A DNA stretch of 60,443 bases, filler included, from Rhizaria sp. SCN 62-66 (lineage: Eukaryota), in NCBI GenBank assembly GCA_001724265.1. It is 2 parts of 2 records of this genome, joined end to end, with 100 filler letters (N's around TTAATTAATTAA, not from the genome) between each part and the next. Parts side by side here need not be neighbours in the genome. Positions count along the whole stretch, not along the records: positions 31,134 to 60,443 come from MEDY01000382.1; 1 more part is not named here. One strand, written 5' to 3'. Made by a program: the position numbers and the translations under genes. Every line of letters begins with the position of its first letter. The first letter of the stretch is position 1. Below are positions 38,401 through 53,400 of the stretch, piece after piece. A model generated the notes under the pieces. That model ran no database searches. It was given only the letters and a program-made list of their open reading frames with translations, and had not been told where the DNA came from.

Positions 38401-41400
38401 AAAGCAGTCTCTACGCAAGTCGGTTTGATGGCGCTTGCTTTTCTGTGTCAATGGAGCGCATGACTGCCGGGTTCCCCGACGAGGACACTCATTCAATGAC
38501 AGGCAGTTTGGTGGTGCCATCGCTGTTAAGCGTGCACCAGTCGACTATCTTTGATGACGCAAGTACTCCAACCTCAATGGTTGTGCTGCTTGGCAAGGTT
38601 CACTTTCCTGCTAGCAGCACTCGTGAACTTCTGTTAGACTTCCCTGCGACTCGCTTTGTGCCAACTAACGCGGCATCGGACCTAAAAGTCGCGCTTACAA
38701 ACGCTACTCTCGCGACAATGTCCGCAAATGGTGTGACTGGAAGTGCAATATCGTTGTCTGTGCAACCCTTGGGTGGTGCGCTTTGCAATGTCCAAACATC
38801 GTTTGCGCTCGATGAAGGTTGTGCGGTAGCGCCTCTCGGCACCGTACCAATTGCACCATACTCTCGCACAAACGTGTTGTTTGATTACACGTACGTATGG
38901 GACAAGCGTAGCGCGCAAGATATTAAGCTCGCTGGTGTTGTTCCTGTACGCCGGCTGCCACAAGCTGTGCAGCGTTCTTCAGCGGGCATAGTGAGCTCGT
39001 CTCTCTTAGTAAAGCCCGCCGGTGCCGGTCTTGCGGGAATTATCCTTGAGCTTTCCTACGTTGTGAGTGCAAGTATATCGATTGCGCAAGGCAAACACCT
39101 TATTGAGTTACCAAACACGCTGATTTACACAGCGCCCGTTGCAATTAGTGGCACCGGTTTTATTTCGTTTAACTGCGTCGCCAATATTTGCACCGGCAGC
39201 GCAACGGCAGAGAACACATTCAATATTACGACATCAGTAATTGTTGGATGCACTGCACCATATGCCCTGATGCGCGCAAAAATTTCTATTTTTGATCCTG
39301 TCAAGAGCGCTGGTGACGTTTCTTTGTCTATTGGAGCCTACCCAGCTCCAGAGATGCGTGCGATTGAGGGTTATGAGCCGTTCGACAGGCTTACTGCCTA
39401 TGAAACCATGCAATCACCTTATTCTTATTTGGGCCAACTCTCAGGCCCCATGGCGGCTCCTTTGACTGTTACAGTTGCAGGGAGTGACAATAGTTTTACT
39501 ATTAATTCACAAGTTACGCTTGCGTACACACGCATCTTAATCCAGCCTAGTACGAGCTTGCAGGTTAAGCTTTCACCGTTGTCGCCTTACATGCAGGCCG
39601 GCGGTACCGCCACACTGACATCCGTAGCTGTTGTGGAGACTGACGGCACAAACTGCACAGTCCCTATTAGTGCGGGGGTGGCGTCGTTGGGAGCTTGCGC
39701 AAGCACCACGGCAAATACGATCCTTACGCTGAGGGTGGGCACAACGCATACGCAGCTTCCAGTGCTACCAGTGTGGATTGATGTCCTCATGAATGGTGAA
39801 AAGTTTGTTCGATATACGCTGACAACGCCACAGATGCCACAGCTGCTAAATATTGCGCCAGTAACCGTGCCAAGCATTGACAGCCTTGCTATCAGCATCA
39901 TTGCGGGTCGTGGGTTTGCGCCTACATCTGCAATGGGTGACAGTCTTACGCTCACGTTCGAGCTTGCCAGCACTGACGCTACGCTTGCAGGTTGCGCTAA
40001 CGCCGCTGGCTTTGTTAAATGGCTGAGTACGGGTGCGGCTGGTCCTGCATGTGCGCTACCGCAATGCTCGTTTACTGCGGCGACTGATGCTTCACCGGTA
40101 GAGCGGCTTATCTGCACTGTATCCATGCTGACAACGACATGTCTGTCGACGTCCACACCCAGCTCAGCTTTACCCACTATGGTTACTCTAAACTCATGTG
40201 TTAAATATGATAGTGACCGCGCAAGGTCGCCAGCGCTAATCCTAACAATCAGTGAGCCCGGCGTAAAGCGCGTTTTGTGGCGCGGGCAAACGCAGCTGAC
40301 AAACGTTGCGAGCAAGCTTGCGGTCAACGTCGGCACGTGGACCGCCAGTGGCATTGGTGCGAGCAAGATGTACCACGGTGTTATTCCTGCTTCACAGTGC
40401 AAGCAGACCCTAGTGATGCAGCGCACGGATAAAATGCGTGTGGCGCACTCAAAGCCGATGTCTAGCTTTATGTCCCCAGACGCGATTATTGCCGTCACAC
40501 TTTCTGATATTGCACTCGGTTCAAAACTATTGCAGCCTGTTACTGGTAGTGACAACACGGGCTATTTTGAGTTGTCATTAAGCTACAACTCTGCGCTTGT
40601 GTGCAATGATTTACAAGGTGGCGAGATAACACTGCAGCTACCGGCGCGCGTATCCTCAGGCACCGTTACAGTGCAGCTACTGTCACCCAACGGTGTTAAG
40701 GCAGAGTTTGTCGGCACTGTTGTGAGTAGCTCAGTGCTCTTTGACACTACAATTCCATCTCTGGGATACACACCGTATCGGTCGGTTCAAGACGTTTGTG
40801 TTCCCGCGTTTGAGATTGGATTCAACTACAACTACAGCGCTCACCTCGCTCCAAATATTGTACAATTTGACATCGGCGCAGCGTGCACCTTTTCGCCTTC
40901 TGTGGCTCGCAACTTCCCTGTCATCTCCTCGCCAGGAGTCACTACTGGTCAAGTGGCCGCGGATCCAATTGTCAGTGCCACAGGCCCAAACTTTATTTAT
41001 CTCATCATCACTCCCCCTGCTAGCTCTGTTTTTGAAATAGTGACAATCCATGGCCTTTACTGTGCGTCAAGCAAGCAAGTACGAATGCGTTTAATCGACC
41101 CTGTTACAAATGATGTAGGTGATGACGTTGTTTACACAACACCGGCCTCTATCAATGAGTATCAAGCTGTCACATTTGTGCGCGGTGCCTACGAGCTCGA
41201 AAGTGGCGGTCTTCCTGTGGGCACCCCTGTCGGGCTTCGGGCTGGCCAGCTCCCAGTATCCATGCACCTGCTTATCGCGGTGACACTGCCTGTGCCCATT
41301 ACAAGAGACTCTGTCATCTCTCTTACTGGTGGCGCTGTCACGCAATGCTCTGGTGGTGCAAGCGTGCTGACAGGGCGGCTTACCCTTCTGACCGGCGCTA

Positions 41401-44400
41401 CTGCAACCGCGCTGGCTAACTGTGGCTTCAGTGTTACTTTTAGCGCGCTCACAGACTTGATAGAGCCGTACACTACAATTCATGTCTTTCTCCGGTCCGC
41501 GACTCTTCCGATGCGAATGGATACAAACGCCAACGCGTCTCCGGGGTACTTTACACTTGCATATACGGACCCCCGTGTGATGCCACTTTTTAGCGTCCAA
41601 GTGCTGCCTCTAAAGAGCTCCTATGTGGCGCTTGAGGTTGTTTCATCAACACTTGCACACGACGCGCTGTTTCGTGCGCCGACTCTGAAATTCTCCCTGC
41701 GTGGACAAGGCGTGCGCCCCATCAGCTCAAGCGGCAAACTTAAAACAACACTGCGCATTATGTTTTCTACTCTTACACTTGCAAAAAAAATTACCACCGA
41801 CAATATCAAGCTGTACATCTCTTATGTTGGTACTGCGGGTCTCACTATTGGCACTTCAATCTGTGACAGCACCCTGGCGTCTGAAAAGCTTGATCCTGTC
41901 CTCGGTCTTTCGCATGGTCTTGATTTGCGCTTTAGCACAGCATTAACCGGGTCTGTTGGGTACAAAACATCTGGAAATTTTACGTTCATGTATGAGTTGG
42001 CTTATCTCAACCCGATGCCCGAGCTCTACGGGGAGACTGCGACTTTTGGTGTGACAATTGAACTTCCGACTGACACGGTTCCTAACGTTGCTAAGTTCAC
42101 GCACGTCTTTCCGGCTGCTAAGCCGTTGTTGTCTCACTTTACCGCGAAGATTCTCCCTGTACGTGTGTCTTCAGCAGACGGCGTGTTATTACGAGTGCGC
42201 TTCTTGGGTCAGGCAGGCACGCGTAACTTTGACACTCAAGTCGACCACCATGGCTCTGATGGTGTTGCCAATCTTGGGTGGCGCATGCGCGTCAAGCTCA
42301 ACACTCTTGGATACCTCGTTGTTGTTCTGCCGCCAGAGCTTGCTTACAGCTCCAGCACAACGGCGGTAGCAACACTGACAGAGTTCAGTGATTCAACCTC
42401 GGCTTCTACGTTATCTAGCGTGTGCACGCCCACGGTAACCTCTCTCATCTGCAGTCAAGCAAATGACAAAGCGATTCGCGGGAGCACATGTGTTGACACG
42501 CTCGGTTCAACGTGTCTCCTTTACGAAATCACCCCCAAGTCGGTTGCATCACAGTTTAGCGACATCACATTCTCCGGCCTTGTGCGACAGATGAATGCCG
42601 TCAAGCTAGCCTCCGCTCGTGGTCAGTATGCAACTCTGGCCTTTGCTGACCACGAACTTAGTTTTGTTGACGCTCCGTTACACCTAGGTTTACCAGGGTT
42701 GGAGCGCAACTGGGAGTTTGGCACCGACTTCGAAGTAAAGTCCACGCAAAATCTTGTTACTAAGACCGCTGACTACCCTTCAGTGTGCTCGGTGGTTGAC
42801 CCTGTTGCGCTCGTTGTGTACACCCTCATGAGTCATGGCGGACTCCGTGCTGACAGTATGCAGCATAACCCTGAAAATGGTCTCGAGAACACCCCGTGGG
42901 GTACATGGAGTTCGTCTGCCTCAAGCTCAGCCACACTGCTCCCCATGGAACATGGCTCTGTTATTCAGTGCTCAATTGTGGTTGCCGTAGACGGAAGGCA
43001 CATAGCCGTAAACATCAACAATAATCGTGTTATGCTCATTGAGAGGGGCGGTACCAACGAACTCACAATCACAGGATCTGTGATGCTGCCGGCTGATGAG
43101 GCACCACGGACCGAATACCCTGGTGCAAGCGGAAGGTCGTATACTGCAAAGCTTTTCTTCAGTCAATGGCAAACTGCTGATGCTGCCTCGTTGTACATGG
43201 TTACACTGTCCTCATCTCTGCGGCGAATTTTGGTGGCAGCAGATGGCTCGCTTAGCCTTGGCTCTGTGACCGAATTGGTTTTGACTTCGCGTCCGACCGC
43301 AATTGCTGGTGACTCGACGTCTGAAGCCTTTGCTTTATGTGGTCCAAGTCTTGGTAACAGCAAGATTGTATCATGTGATATTGTTAGCATTGCAACAGGT
43401 GTACCGATTTTCATTGTCGCAAAGACGGTGACGGCAACAAAGCCTATGCTCCCAACCGCTGTAACGTTCTGCCCCCCATCCAACATTAACACCTTTAGCC
43501 CTCTCACAGACCAGTGTCTTTTTGTTGCGGCCACCGAGAGCACAAGCACAACGACAACGCCAAACGCGGCGGCACGTCAATATATTTTCCGGGTCTCTCT
43601 TGACGCAGGCGCGCTGGCAGCAAAGCCAGTGCTCGCAGCAGTACTAGAGTCTCACCCCATTGCAGCCATTGGAGTAACTGGCTACCAATCGCAGCTTATC
43701 ATGTTTACAGTGTCACAGAGCCGCACCTTGTATTTTAGCGTTCTTACTCGTGTCAACAGGGCGGGTCAATATGGACGCCAAAGTGCAGACATCACGCATG
43801 AGTCGATGACTCATATTGGCGATGTAAGTGATATTCAAGTTCACCTTGACGCAACGCGCACAACATTTTTCCACGTCGCGCCTGACTGCAACCTCATGCA
43901 CGTCTCAGCGCTTCCGCGGCTGTATGATGTTGTGAAGGACGAAAACCAGGCGCGAGGTAAGCTTGACTGGGAGCTCAGCTCATCAAGCCAGATCATTGTT
44001 ACGACTGACGGAAACTCAGTTGAAGTCGGACTGCTTGCAAATATGACACACATTGCATTTTACCCGAGGATTGGTGACCAAGATATCCGGACATCAGCGG
44101 TTATGAACCCGTTAACAACGCATGTTGACGCAAGTCTTGGTGGCAACACTGCAGTGTGCGTGATCTTTTTTCCTTCTCAACCTAGTAAAACCTCTGTATC
44201 CGCGGTATTGGAGCTCCAGAACCAACTGCCTCTATCGATTGTGCTACATCGGGCTGCATTGCAGTCTCGTGAATCTGCCACGACGACAAAACTTGCGATA
44301 GCATTTAGCGCCAACCTAGGCAATGTGAACACCAAGAAATTTACAGTCAGCTTTACAGGGCCATTTACTCTGCCTGCGCTTTTTAGTGGCAACGGCACTT

Positions 44401-47400
44401 CTCGTGATAGTGTCAGCTTTTCATTCTCGTGCGCTGTCGCGGGAGCCAAATGCACGTTTATTACAACACAGCCACAATTCAAACGCCATGATGAATATCA
44501 ATTTGAGATTATGATAAAACTAAAGTCATTTTCATTGACCTTTGGCAGCAGCTCCTCTGTTCTTCTTGCAGTTCTTCTCGAGAATCCGACTTGTGGCACA
44601 GACTACTCGTGCCAGGCATTTTTGGAACAGGTTGTCAACGATGTCCTACCGTTGCTCGCGCCAGCAGGACCGCCACGAGCATGTTTGGTCATGCCGACTG
44701 CAAACACGAGCAGTGTCAAAGTTTATGACACAGTCCACTGGCTTCATTCACCGCGCTTAAGTTGTGCCGTATTCGACGATTATACGCACTGCTTCAACGT
44801 CCTCGAGAGCTCGTTGTTCATGGGCAACGCGTTGTTTGATTACAACGGCATTACCGCACGCGTATCACGGTCACTTCACGTAACACCCAACAGCACAGTT
44901 CGTGCTATATCGACTTCACACGACGCAGCTCTGATGTTTATTAGTAACTCGACGTCCAACTTTGTCTCCAGCAATTTGTACATGATAGATGAAACTGATG
45001 CAATGAACGGCATCCCTCCATTTTCAAGTCTTGTATCAAGTATTGTTGGAGATGCTATTACGTCTGGTTACATTCACATCACGTCAACTCTCCTCAATAG
45101 CGCTAACTTGGTGCTCCTCTTTGGGAAGAGTCTCAATCTTCTTGGCATCCGGCGTGTTGAAATCGATGGCCTCCGGGTTCAGACTGTTACAGGACTTGAC
45201 TCACTTGATGGAACTCTTCTTGGCGCGTTCAGCGCCCTTGATCTTTTCAACGAGGGACAAGCGACTGTTTGCGTGACTACCCCGGAGACTGGTCGTCCTC
45301 TTGCTGGTGTTGTTGACTTTGCTGAGTACGCCAGCAGACACATTTTCCCAGCCGATTCTGCTGTCATTATTTTGTTTGCATTCAGGAGCGGATACGTGCG
45401 TCTTTGCGCTGGACCCGGTGTCGACACAGATGTTGCTGCCGCAACAGATCCGCACACCATACTTCAGTGCCAGAACGCTGTGTTAGTGTCTCCGAATTCC
45501 GAAATCACTGCCGTCGTCGCACTGAGCGGCAATGCGGTGGCGTATGTATCAACATCTGGCGGTGATATGTACATCCTTACGCCCGATGCTACAAAGCCTG
45601 ACTTGCTGGGCATTATCAAATCGCCAGTAAGCGCGGGGTGTCACGTGCGCTCGCTCGCGCTGCACCCGGCGCAGACACTGCTGACCTTTGCGTGCAGCGA
45701 CGCCCGCGTCGCTTCCTTTGCTGTGGACCCTGTGACTGGTCAACTAAGTGAACTTTTATTTGTCAGCGGCCCTGGACGTAAGTGGGAAGACTACCAAGTG
45801 ACGGGGATTGAATCCATTGCGTACACCCGCTTCGGTTCGCATTTCCTGTTACTCAGTGCTGACAAAGGAAAAACAACTGTATTAGCGTCTTCCGTTGCAA
45901 CTATTGCTCCCGTAGTCGTTGCAGCAGTGATGCCAGCAACAGCGGGCGTCAAGGGGTCAGTAACATTTACTCTCCAGCCACCTCCCCTTATAACCGCAAG
46001 CGTAATTCTTTTTGCAGTGACGTTTCCACAGTCGACAAAGTTCACCAGCACCAGTGCTGTGACGACAGTTTCGGGGACTAGTTCATGCGCTGGGACAGTG
46101 CTAATTGATGACAACGTTTTGTATTCCAGGATCCTGCCGACCTGCATTGATACGACAAATACTCTCAAGGTGACCATCACCAATATTATGTCTGGCGCTG
46201 CATCTCTGGTCGGCGAGACTGCATTATATGCTGAATTCCGTTTCTCTACAGAGGCGTTATCAGTCCCAGTTTCACTTTCAACGTGGAACGCAGCAGTGCC
46301 TATCTTTTATTCACCACGTATGCCAATTGCGCGGAGAAGTCTTGGTGCATCACTTGTTGACTGTTATACTGGTGCTCTTTTGCCCGAGGTGCTCTCAGCC
46401 CTGGTTGATTACACGATATGCGTTAAATTGCAAACCCTCACATTGCCGACGGTTTCTATCAATCTTAGCATTGGCCGCCTTGTTGACGGTGATGGTCCTG
46501 GGAGTGATCCGGACGACTATTTTGCTCCCTGTCTCTTTACTTCTGTGCGCTCGCGCCACTTGACTGACTTTGTTATTAACGCAGGAGCCACTTTGTCAAG
46601 CCCACTTACCATTCGCTGTACTGAGGCGTCTGCGTCAGCAGGAGATAGCAGGCACACCATTCGTGCACTTTTTACTGACGTCAACACAAAATGGCAGTCA
46701 GGTGTATTTTCCGTTGCGCCGGCGGTTAGTATCGCACTCCGCGTTGCCCAAGGCTCAACTGTGTCAATCGACCCGCCAACCGTGCCAGCCAGCGTTGCGG
46801 TTATGGTACAGTCGATGTGGAATGTGCCACCGATTGAAGAAATCACAATCAAACTTGCCGTAAACAGTAGTGATTGCGTGTTTGCCTCCGGAAATATCAT
46901 TGCGGTATCTCCGGCACAGTTTAACAACCATGTTTCCATAGTTGACCTGACAACAGTAACTTGTGCAACGCCTAACGCTGCCGGTGTCGAGTTTTCCGCC
47001 ACCGTCTTATTCCCACCCACTACTGCAGCGCTTCTGTCAACGAGCTCCGCGGTTCGGCCTGTAATTGGCACGCTGTTTCTACAAGGCAGTTCAAGCAGCG
47101 AACCCTTTGTTTTCTCAACAGACAATGAATACGACGTCACTCTAATTGCCAGTCCGGCGCCTACAAATGGGATCACTGTCGATTTGACTCTGACGCGCTA
47201 TGGCATTCCGCTTCCGCAAATGGCGTGCCACCTCGTCCCCAACAATGTTTCAGCACTCGCAGTAATGTTGTTACAGCCGCAGCCGCTCAAAGTTAAGTGC
47301 TCGCGCCCTGTGGCACATGAGGAGTTTGTTGAGCTCCAGATCTCGTCGCCTGATGCAGCAGAGAACGGCTACAAAGTGCTCAATGGCAACATCATTACTG

Positions 47401-50400
47401 CATACATCGGTGCCACACAGAGCGTGTGGCCCGCCGACGGACTTGTTGCCGCGCTTACTACTGCGCGATTGTCGCTGCTTCCCGCGCGCCCTCTCCCACA
47501 TAAAACAATTGTGCTATACGAAGTGCTCACGGACAACGTGAGGTGCGCTATCTCTATGAACAAGACTTTACTCGACCACATGACGGAGTCACAAACAGCG
47601 TTCAACAATGGTGATTTTGAAAATGGTGTTGACCTTAACAAATACGTTGGTGATACACCGATTGGCGCAACTGCTATTGACGTCTACGCGCTATGTGACA
47701 CGAGTGGTGTAGAGTACAGCCCTGTCCGTGTGCGCTACACTGTCCTTAAGGGTACACCACTTCGCGATTTAGCTATCGGCACCGGTGTTTTTGAACTCAT
47801 CGTGCGCAATCGCATGCGCGTGCGGTCACTTGTACAGCCTCTCGGTGATACACCAATTGACAATGTGGGTTTCAAAACGCTGCCCGCGGCGCTGCGTGTT
47901 GAGTATGCGTTCTCGAAGGCTGTTAACACGTTAATTCACGTTTCCTCTGATACCATTGATGTTTGCGTATTTAGCAGCTATGACGGACAGGAACTTGGTA
48001 GCGAGTTTGACCTTACTATTGCAAATCTTACAGGTGTGGACAACGTGATGTTTGCATGCTCTGAGCCGCGCGCCAACATCACACTAACTGTGACGCATCT
48101 TTCAAACGACAACGTTACAACTATTAAAGATCACGTTGGCCCATTCCACATTTATGGTGAGCTGACCGTAACGCTTCAGGCCGACAATAGCGCTGCTGTT
48201 GCAACAATTGCTGGCCATGGGGCCGTAAACGTAGTTTCAGTTCCGCTGGCAGTACCGCATACGTTGATTATTGCAACCACTCCTGTGACTGCCGGCGCTG
48301 ATCTTATTGCGGAAATCTCACATCAAAGCGGCAAGTGTGTCTTTGCCAGTACATCTAGCTGCGTGACGGATGCCGCAGGCCAATGCAAGTTAATGCTGTC
48401 TTGCGGTGCGCCGGCACAGACGCCACCATCTGTGATAGTACGCGGCTACGGCATCTATGCATTTGTCACGGCTGTTTCTGCTCCGCTGCAAACAAAGGGT
48501 AACCTTATTGTCGAGCAGCTTGACATTGTAAATCCCGGCCGGCCGTACTATTTAGCGGGCGAATACTACCGCGTGCGTGTAGCGTTTGACCCGCAGCCGG
48601 AGGAACCTGTGATTGTTCGCGTGTCGCAAACAACAACAATGGCCAGCTGCATGTTTACTCTGACTGGGGATACGTCACGTATGCAACGCACGATTCAGTG
48701 GCAGCATACAGCTCTGTTTGATGAACTTTTGTTCGGGCTGGTCTGCAGTCGCCCGCACGCAGTCGGCTCGCTCATCGCCCTCGAAACAGTTGCATATATG
48801 CCATATAACCTTGGCCCGACAATCACATATGGTCGCATGTCTCTCGACTTCCGTCTGCCGACGGGAATTGTGGGCCCCCAGTCCATTGACGTGACTGATA
48901 TGGCTGCGCGTCTTCAATTATCAAACGCGCCTGTCGGACAACCGCTTCCTCTTCGCAAGCCGCATTATCTGCGGGCTCCACTGACAAACTTGACAACGTT
49001 CAGGATTCGCCTGCAGCCCGCTGTTGTAGTTCTTACTCTCATCAATCTCAAGATGACGTCTGCACTCTCGGGCTGTCAATTTTCCATTTTCAAGTCAGGA
49101 GGTGGCTCTGAGCAACTGGGTGCGAACGCGCAGGTTTCTGCCGTATTAGGCGAGACCGAGCATGACGTGTTAGTTTCTTGTGAGCTTCCGAAGAGTAGCA
49201 GCTTTTCTATTATTGCAGAAATCTCGTCTGGCAGCCCATACGTCCCGCTAGTGTCGCTTCCAATGCAGCCGCGTGGCACTGTCCTGATGACAACGTCTGG
49301 CGTTCCCGCTGCCTCTGCTTTTACTGGGGAAATTTTCTCACTGCGCCGTTGGGTTATGCGGTTTATGCTCAGCCCGCTGCCAGCGGAGACTGTGACGCTG
49401 ACCTTTGTTGTTGCCTCAGGCCCGAATAAGGATCTAGTGCCAAGTTGCAGGTTTTACGGTGAGACGGATGCAGACATCACAGATGCTGGCCGTGAAAACA
49501 CCCTTGTTTTTACACCCACCATGGTTATGGTTGGCGTAGCGGTGATTTGTGATGTTTCGCTTAAGGACAGTGCCTACATTCAGGTGCACAATAATGAGGA
49601 GCTTTACGACGAGTTTTCATCAGCGCCCTTCCGTGTGCGTGGCGCTGTGTGGACTGAAGATGCCGCGTTACCACAGTTCAGTCAATTCCCCGGCACTGCG
49701 TCCACATACGTTGATGTTGCTGTCGGGGTCTCTCATTTGATTCGCATGCGTGTCGTCCCAACCTGGTCTCAGGCTGTTAACATGACACTGTCCGTTAATG
49801 TCACTAGTTGTGGTGTTGGTCTATACGATGCAGAAAGCTTTGATGGTAGTATTGCACCGCCTGACCATGGCGGTACCGTTGTCATCATTGATGCTGATGC
49901 GATTCCTGTTTTCTCCGACATTAACGTTACAATTCCCGCCAACGCTGATATTGTGTTAGCCGTCTTGCGCTGTAGCACAGTTGCACACTACATCACCGTC
50001 ACCTTGGGTCCGAGTGACCCTGGTAAGGTATTTGCAAGCACGCACATAACAGGAAGCTTCTCTGCAAGTAACCGTTTTGAAGTGCGCAACCTGCCGGCAA
50101 CGCTGCACATGCGTGAGCCCGTGCTAATGGAGCTCGGTGTCCTGCCTTTTGGTGCAATTGCCGGTCTTGGTCAGTCAACTGTAGTGCGAGTGTCCACTAA
50201 CTCAGCTTTTGCGAACTGCTCCGTAGCGCGCGTCGCCGGCTCAAGCACCGCTGTTCCTGCAGAGACGTTATGGTCGTCTGTAAATGAGACAGCCTCGTTC
50301 TTGCTCACAATCAGTGCAGCCAGCGCAGGCTCTTTGTGGGTCCGTTGCTGGCAACACACCGTTAACGGCGCGGGAGTTGCTGTGGAAGGCGCTGTTAAGC

Positions 50401-53400
50401 CACAATTCAAATTTGGGCACTCGAGTGGGGTTGCATTTCTAACCAGGGTGAGTGCGGAGATTGATGTTGTTTTTATTGACTGCGGTGCAATGCCAAAGTT
50501 GACTTATGGTAACACAGTCTATGAAGACAACGGTTTTGGTTCCATGGCGTACTTGGCGCGTGCAACAGCGTCTTGTGAAACAGGGTATGATCTTGCCACA
50601 AGTGCCGGAGTTGTGGTAACATGTGCGACACTACCGTGTCGTTGGACCGCGACATGCCAAGCTGCAGGGTGGAGTGAGTCAGCGCCGCACTGTGCTATTC
50701 ATAACTGCGGCGCGGCGCCTCCGACAGACAACAAAACTGCTTCTGGGCCCACGTACGCGGTTGCTGGCAACAACGGTGGCGCAACTACTTATGGCGCTGT
50801 GGTTACTTATGGATGCGCAGAGGGTTATGAATCTTCTGGTACAACTGCATCAATACGCTGCACACCAACAGGCTGGTCACAGCCAACTGCGCCCACATGT
50901 ACACCCGTAACCTGTCCTGCGCTGGCCATCGGTGCCAACACGTTGCAGCCAGCGTACGGCACGACACCCAATGGCATGCGTCGGTACCTTTCCACAGCAA
51001 CGTATGAGTGCCTGCCGGGTCACACATTAGACTCAGGCAGTCTCACTCTGATGTGCCGTGCAGACCGTACGTGGAGCGGTGCACCGCCAGTGTGCCGTAC
51101 CAATATGTGCCTCCATATTTCACACGACTCCTCAACGCAAAAGCCGATCAGCTTCTCGTTTAACGGTAAGGTTACAACGGCCGACAAGGCAACAGGGTTC
51201 TTTTTTGTGGACACAGTCGCCGAGTATAGCTGTGCTGACGGCTACAGTTGGGTTGACCCAAATGGTTCACGCACGCGAACGTGTGTTTATGACGAAGGCT
51301 GGTTACCCGTGCTTGCACCACGCTGCCTGCCCGTACCATGCCCATCGCTAGAGTCTCTTTTCTACGGCTCAATTAAGCAGGAGCCCGCAGAATTGATGAA
51401 CCTCTATGGTGTTACTGCTACCTACATGTGTGCGTACGGCGCTACAGTGACGCCACCTGGGAACATTATTAGTTGCATGGCAGATGGTAAATGGTCCGCC
51501 TCCCCGCGCACTTGTCAACCTTACCAGTGCACCTCCCCAACTGCATTTGCAAGCGGGCAGGTACAGGAAATTACGACAGGTGTTAACGGCCCTTTTTCCA
51601 ACAACTCAGTGATTGAATATCGCTGCAATACGGGGTTTAACCTTGTGTATCCTGGAGTTGCAATTGATACAAAGTATTACCTACCTATCACAACAGGAGC
51701 AGGTGTTGCGATTGAGGTTGGTCGCCGCGAGTGTACGCCCAACGGCTGGCTCCCGTCTACGCTTCCGCAGTGCGTTATTCATGAGTGCAGTACGTTGGTA
51801 GGCACAAGCAATGTTGCATCAATCACTTATTTCAATAACAACGGTGCAACCCTGCCGCAATACGGTACTGTTGCAACTTATACATGCTCCCCAGGCTATG
51901 AGACGCGCGACAGCAACGACAACGTTGTTGCGAACTCTCGTCTCTGCGGCTCGCGTGATCAGGGGTGGTTGCCGTTTGACCCACCTCGCTGTATGCCCGT
52001 GGATTGCGGTGTAATTACTAAAATCGACATCGAAAACGCTCTTCCAATTGAGTATACTTGGGATTCAGTCACTGTCAAAGGTCCCACGCGTCTCAGCGCT
52101 ACAGTTGACTACAACTGCAAGCCGGGCTTTGCGTTTAGCGATGGCAACAGCACTTTCACTCGCACATGCAGCGCCACACGACAGTGGGTTCCTGTCGAAC
52201 CCACATGCACTGATATTAATGAATGTGATGCTAATTTGTTTGGTGGGAAGTACTTTGTAAACTGCACAGCTTTGCACGGCGTCCAGTCACAGTGCGTCAA
52301 CACGTTTGGTAGCAACATTTGCGTTCCACTTGTAACAACTGCGCCGTTCCAGCCGTACGCAGTTTCTGGCAGTGTATTGTTTAATGCTGCTGACAATGTG
52401 TTCACGCCCGGCAACACTGCTGGAGGCCAGCGCATCATGTTTGCTGTGCGTGCTGGTGCGGGGCTTGTGGAACCGTTCTTCAGCCGTGTACGATACCTTA
52501 ACCCTGACAAAGCTCTTTATGACGACCCCGCGATGTTGCAATATGAGTGTAAAAACGTCGAAGTTGTCGCGGCAAATGCGGCGGCAAGCGTTGCAGCTGG
52601 TTACTCCTACTTTGCAGTTTCGTGTGAGTTGTCACCAGGACAGGGAGAAGGGCTGTTTGTCTCGCTGCAGTACTGTGTTAGCGTATATGGTCGTGGCGAA
52701 CCTGACTGCTCACGATGGAATTGGGACTGGCAGGGCACACGCGGCACAATCGATATGGAACAAATACCAATCAACGAACGCTTGCGAATTACCTACCCAA
52801 TGCCCGCATTTGTGCCACGCTCGCTGCAGAGCGTCACTATGGGCGGCTTGACGCAAATGACTGATGAATATGTCAGTCAGACCTCGCTTGGTGAAGATAT
52901 TCTCATGGCTGTTAACAACTTCTATTTGGACCGCCCTGAGCTTATCACATTACGCTACGGTGAAGCGCTCACAGAGAACGATTTCCCTTACATCTGCGAT
53001 TTTAATCATTTGATGGCAGTGCAATATAGCGGCTATATGCTTGTCACTGCTTGTCGCACACAGGATCGCGTTAACCTTATTGATTTACGTTTCCGGCTTT
53101 GCATTGCAGGTCGCTGCACAGTGTCGACTGACAGGTACTCGTACCCACAGATTCCCGAGATTACGTCCGTGTATGGTTGCGCAGTCGATGATATTCTGAA
53201 CGGGCGCACACAGAACTGCCCGACTGACGGTGCCGACGTCCGGCTCACAGTCGCTGGCACTGGATTCCTTGAGCCGTTGTCACTCATCATTAGTGGCCGT
53301 CAGTGTCTGCATCTTGAGCGGGCGAATAACACATACTTTACATGCTCACTGCCTGTTGGCGCCGGTGAAGCGTTATCTGTAACAGTCAAGGCTGGATCAC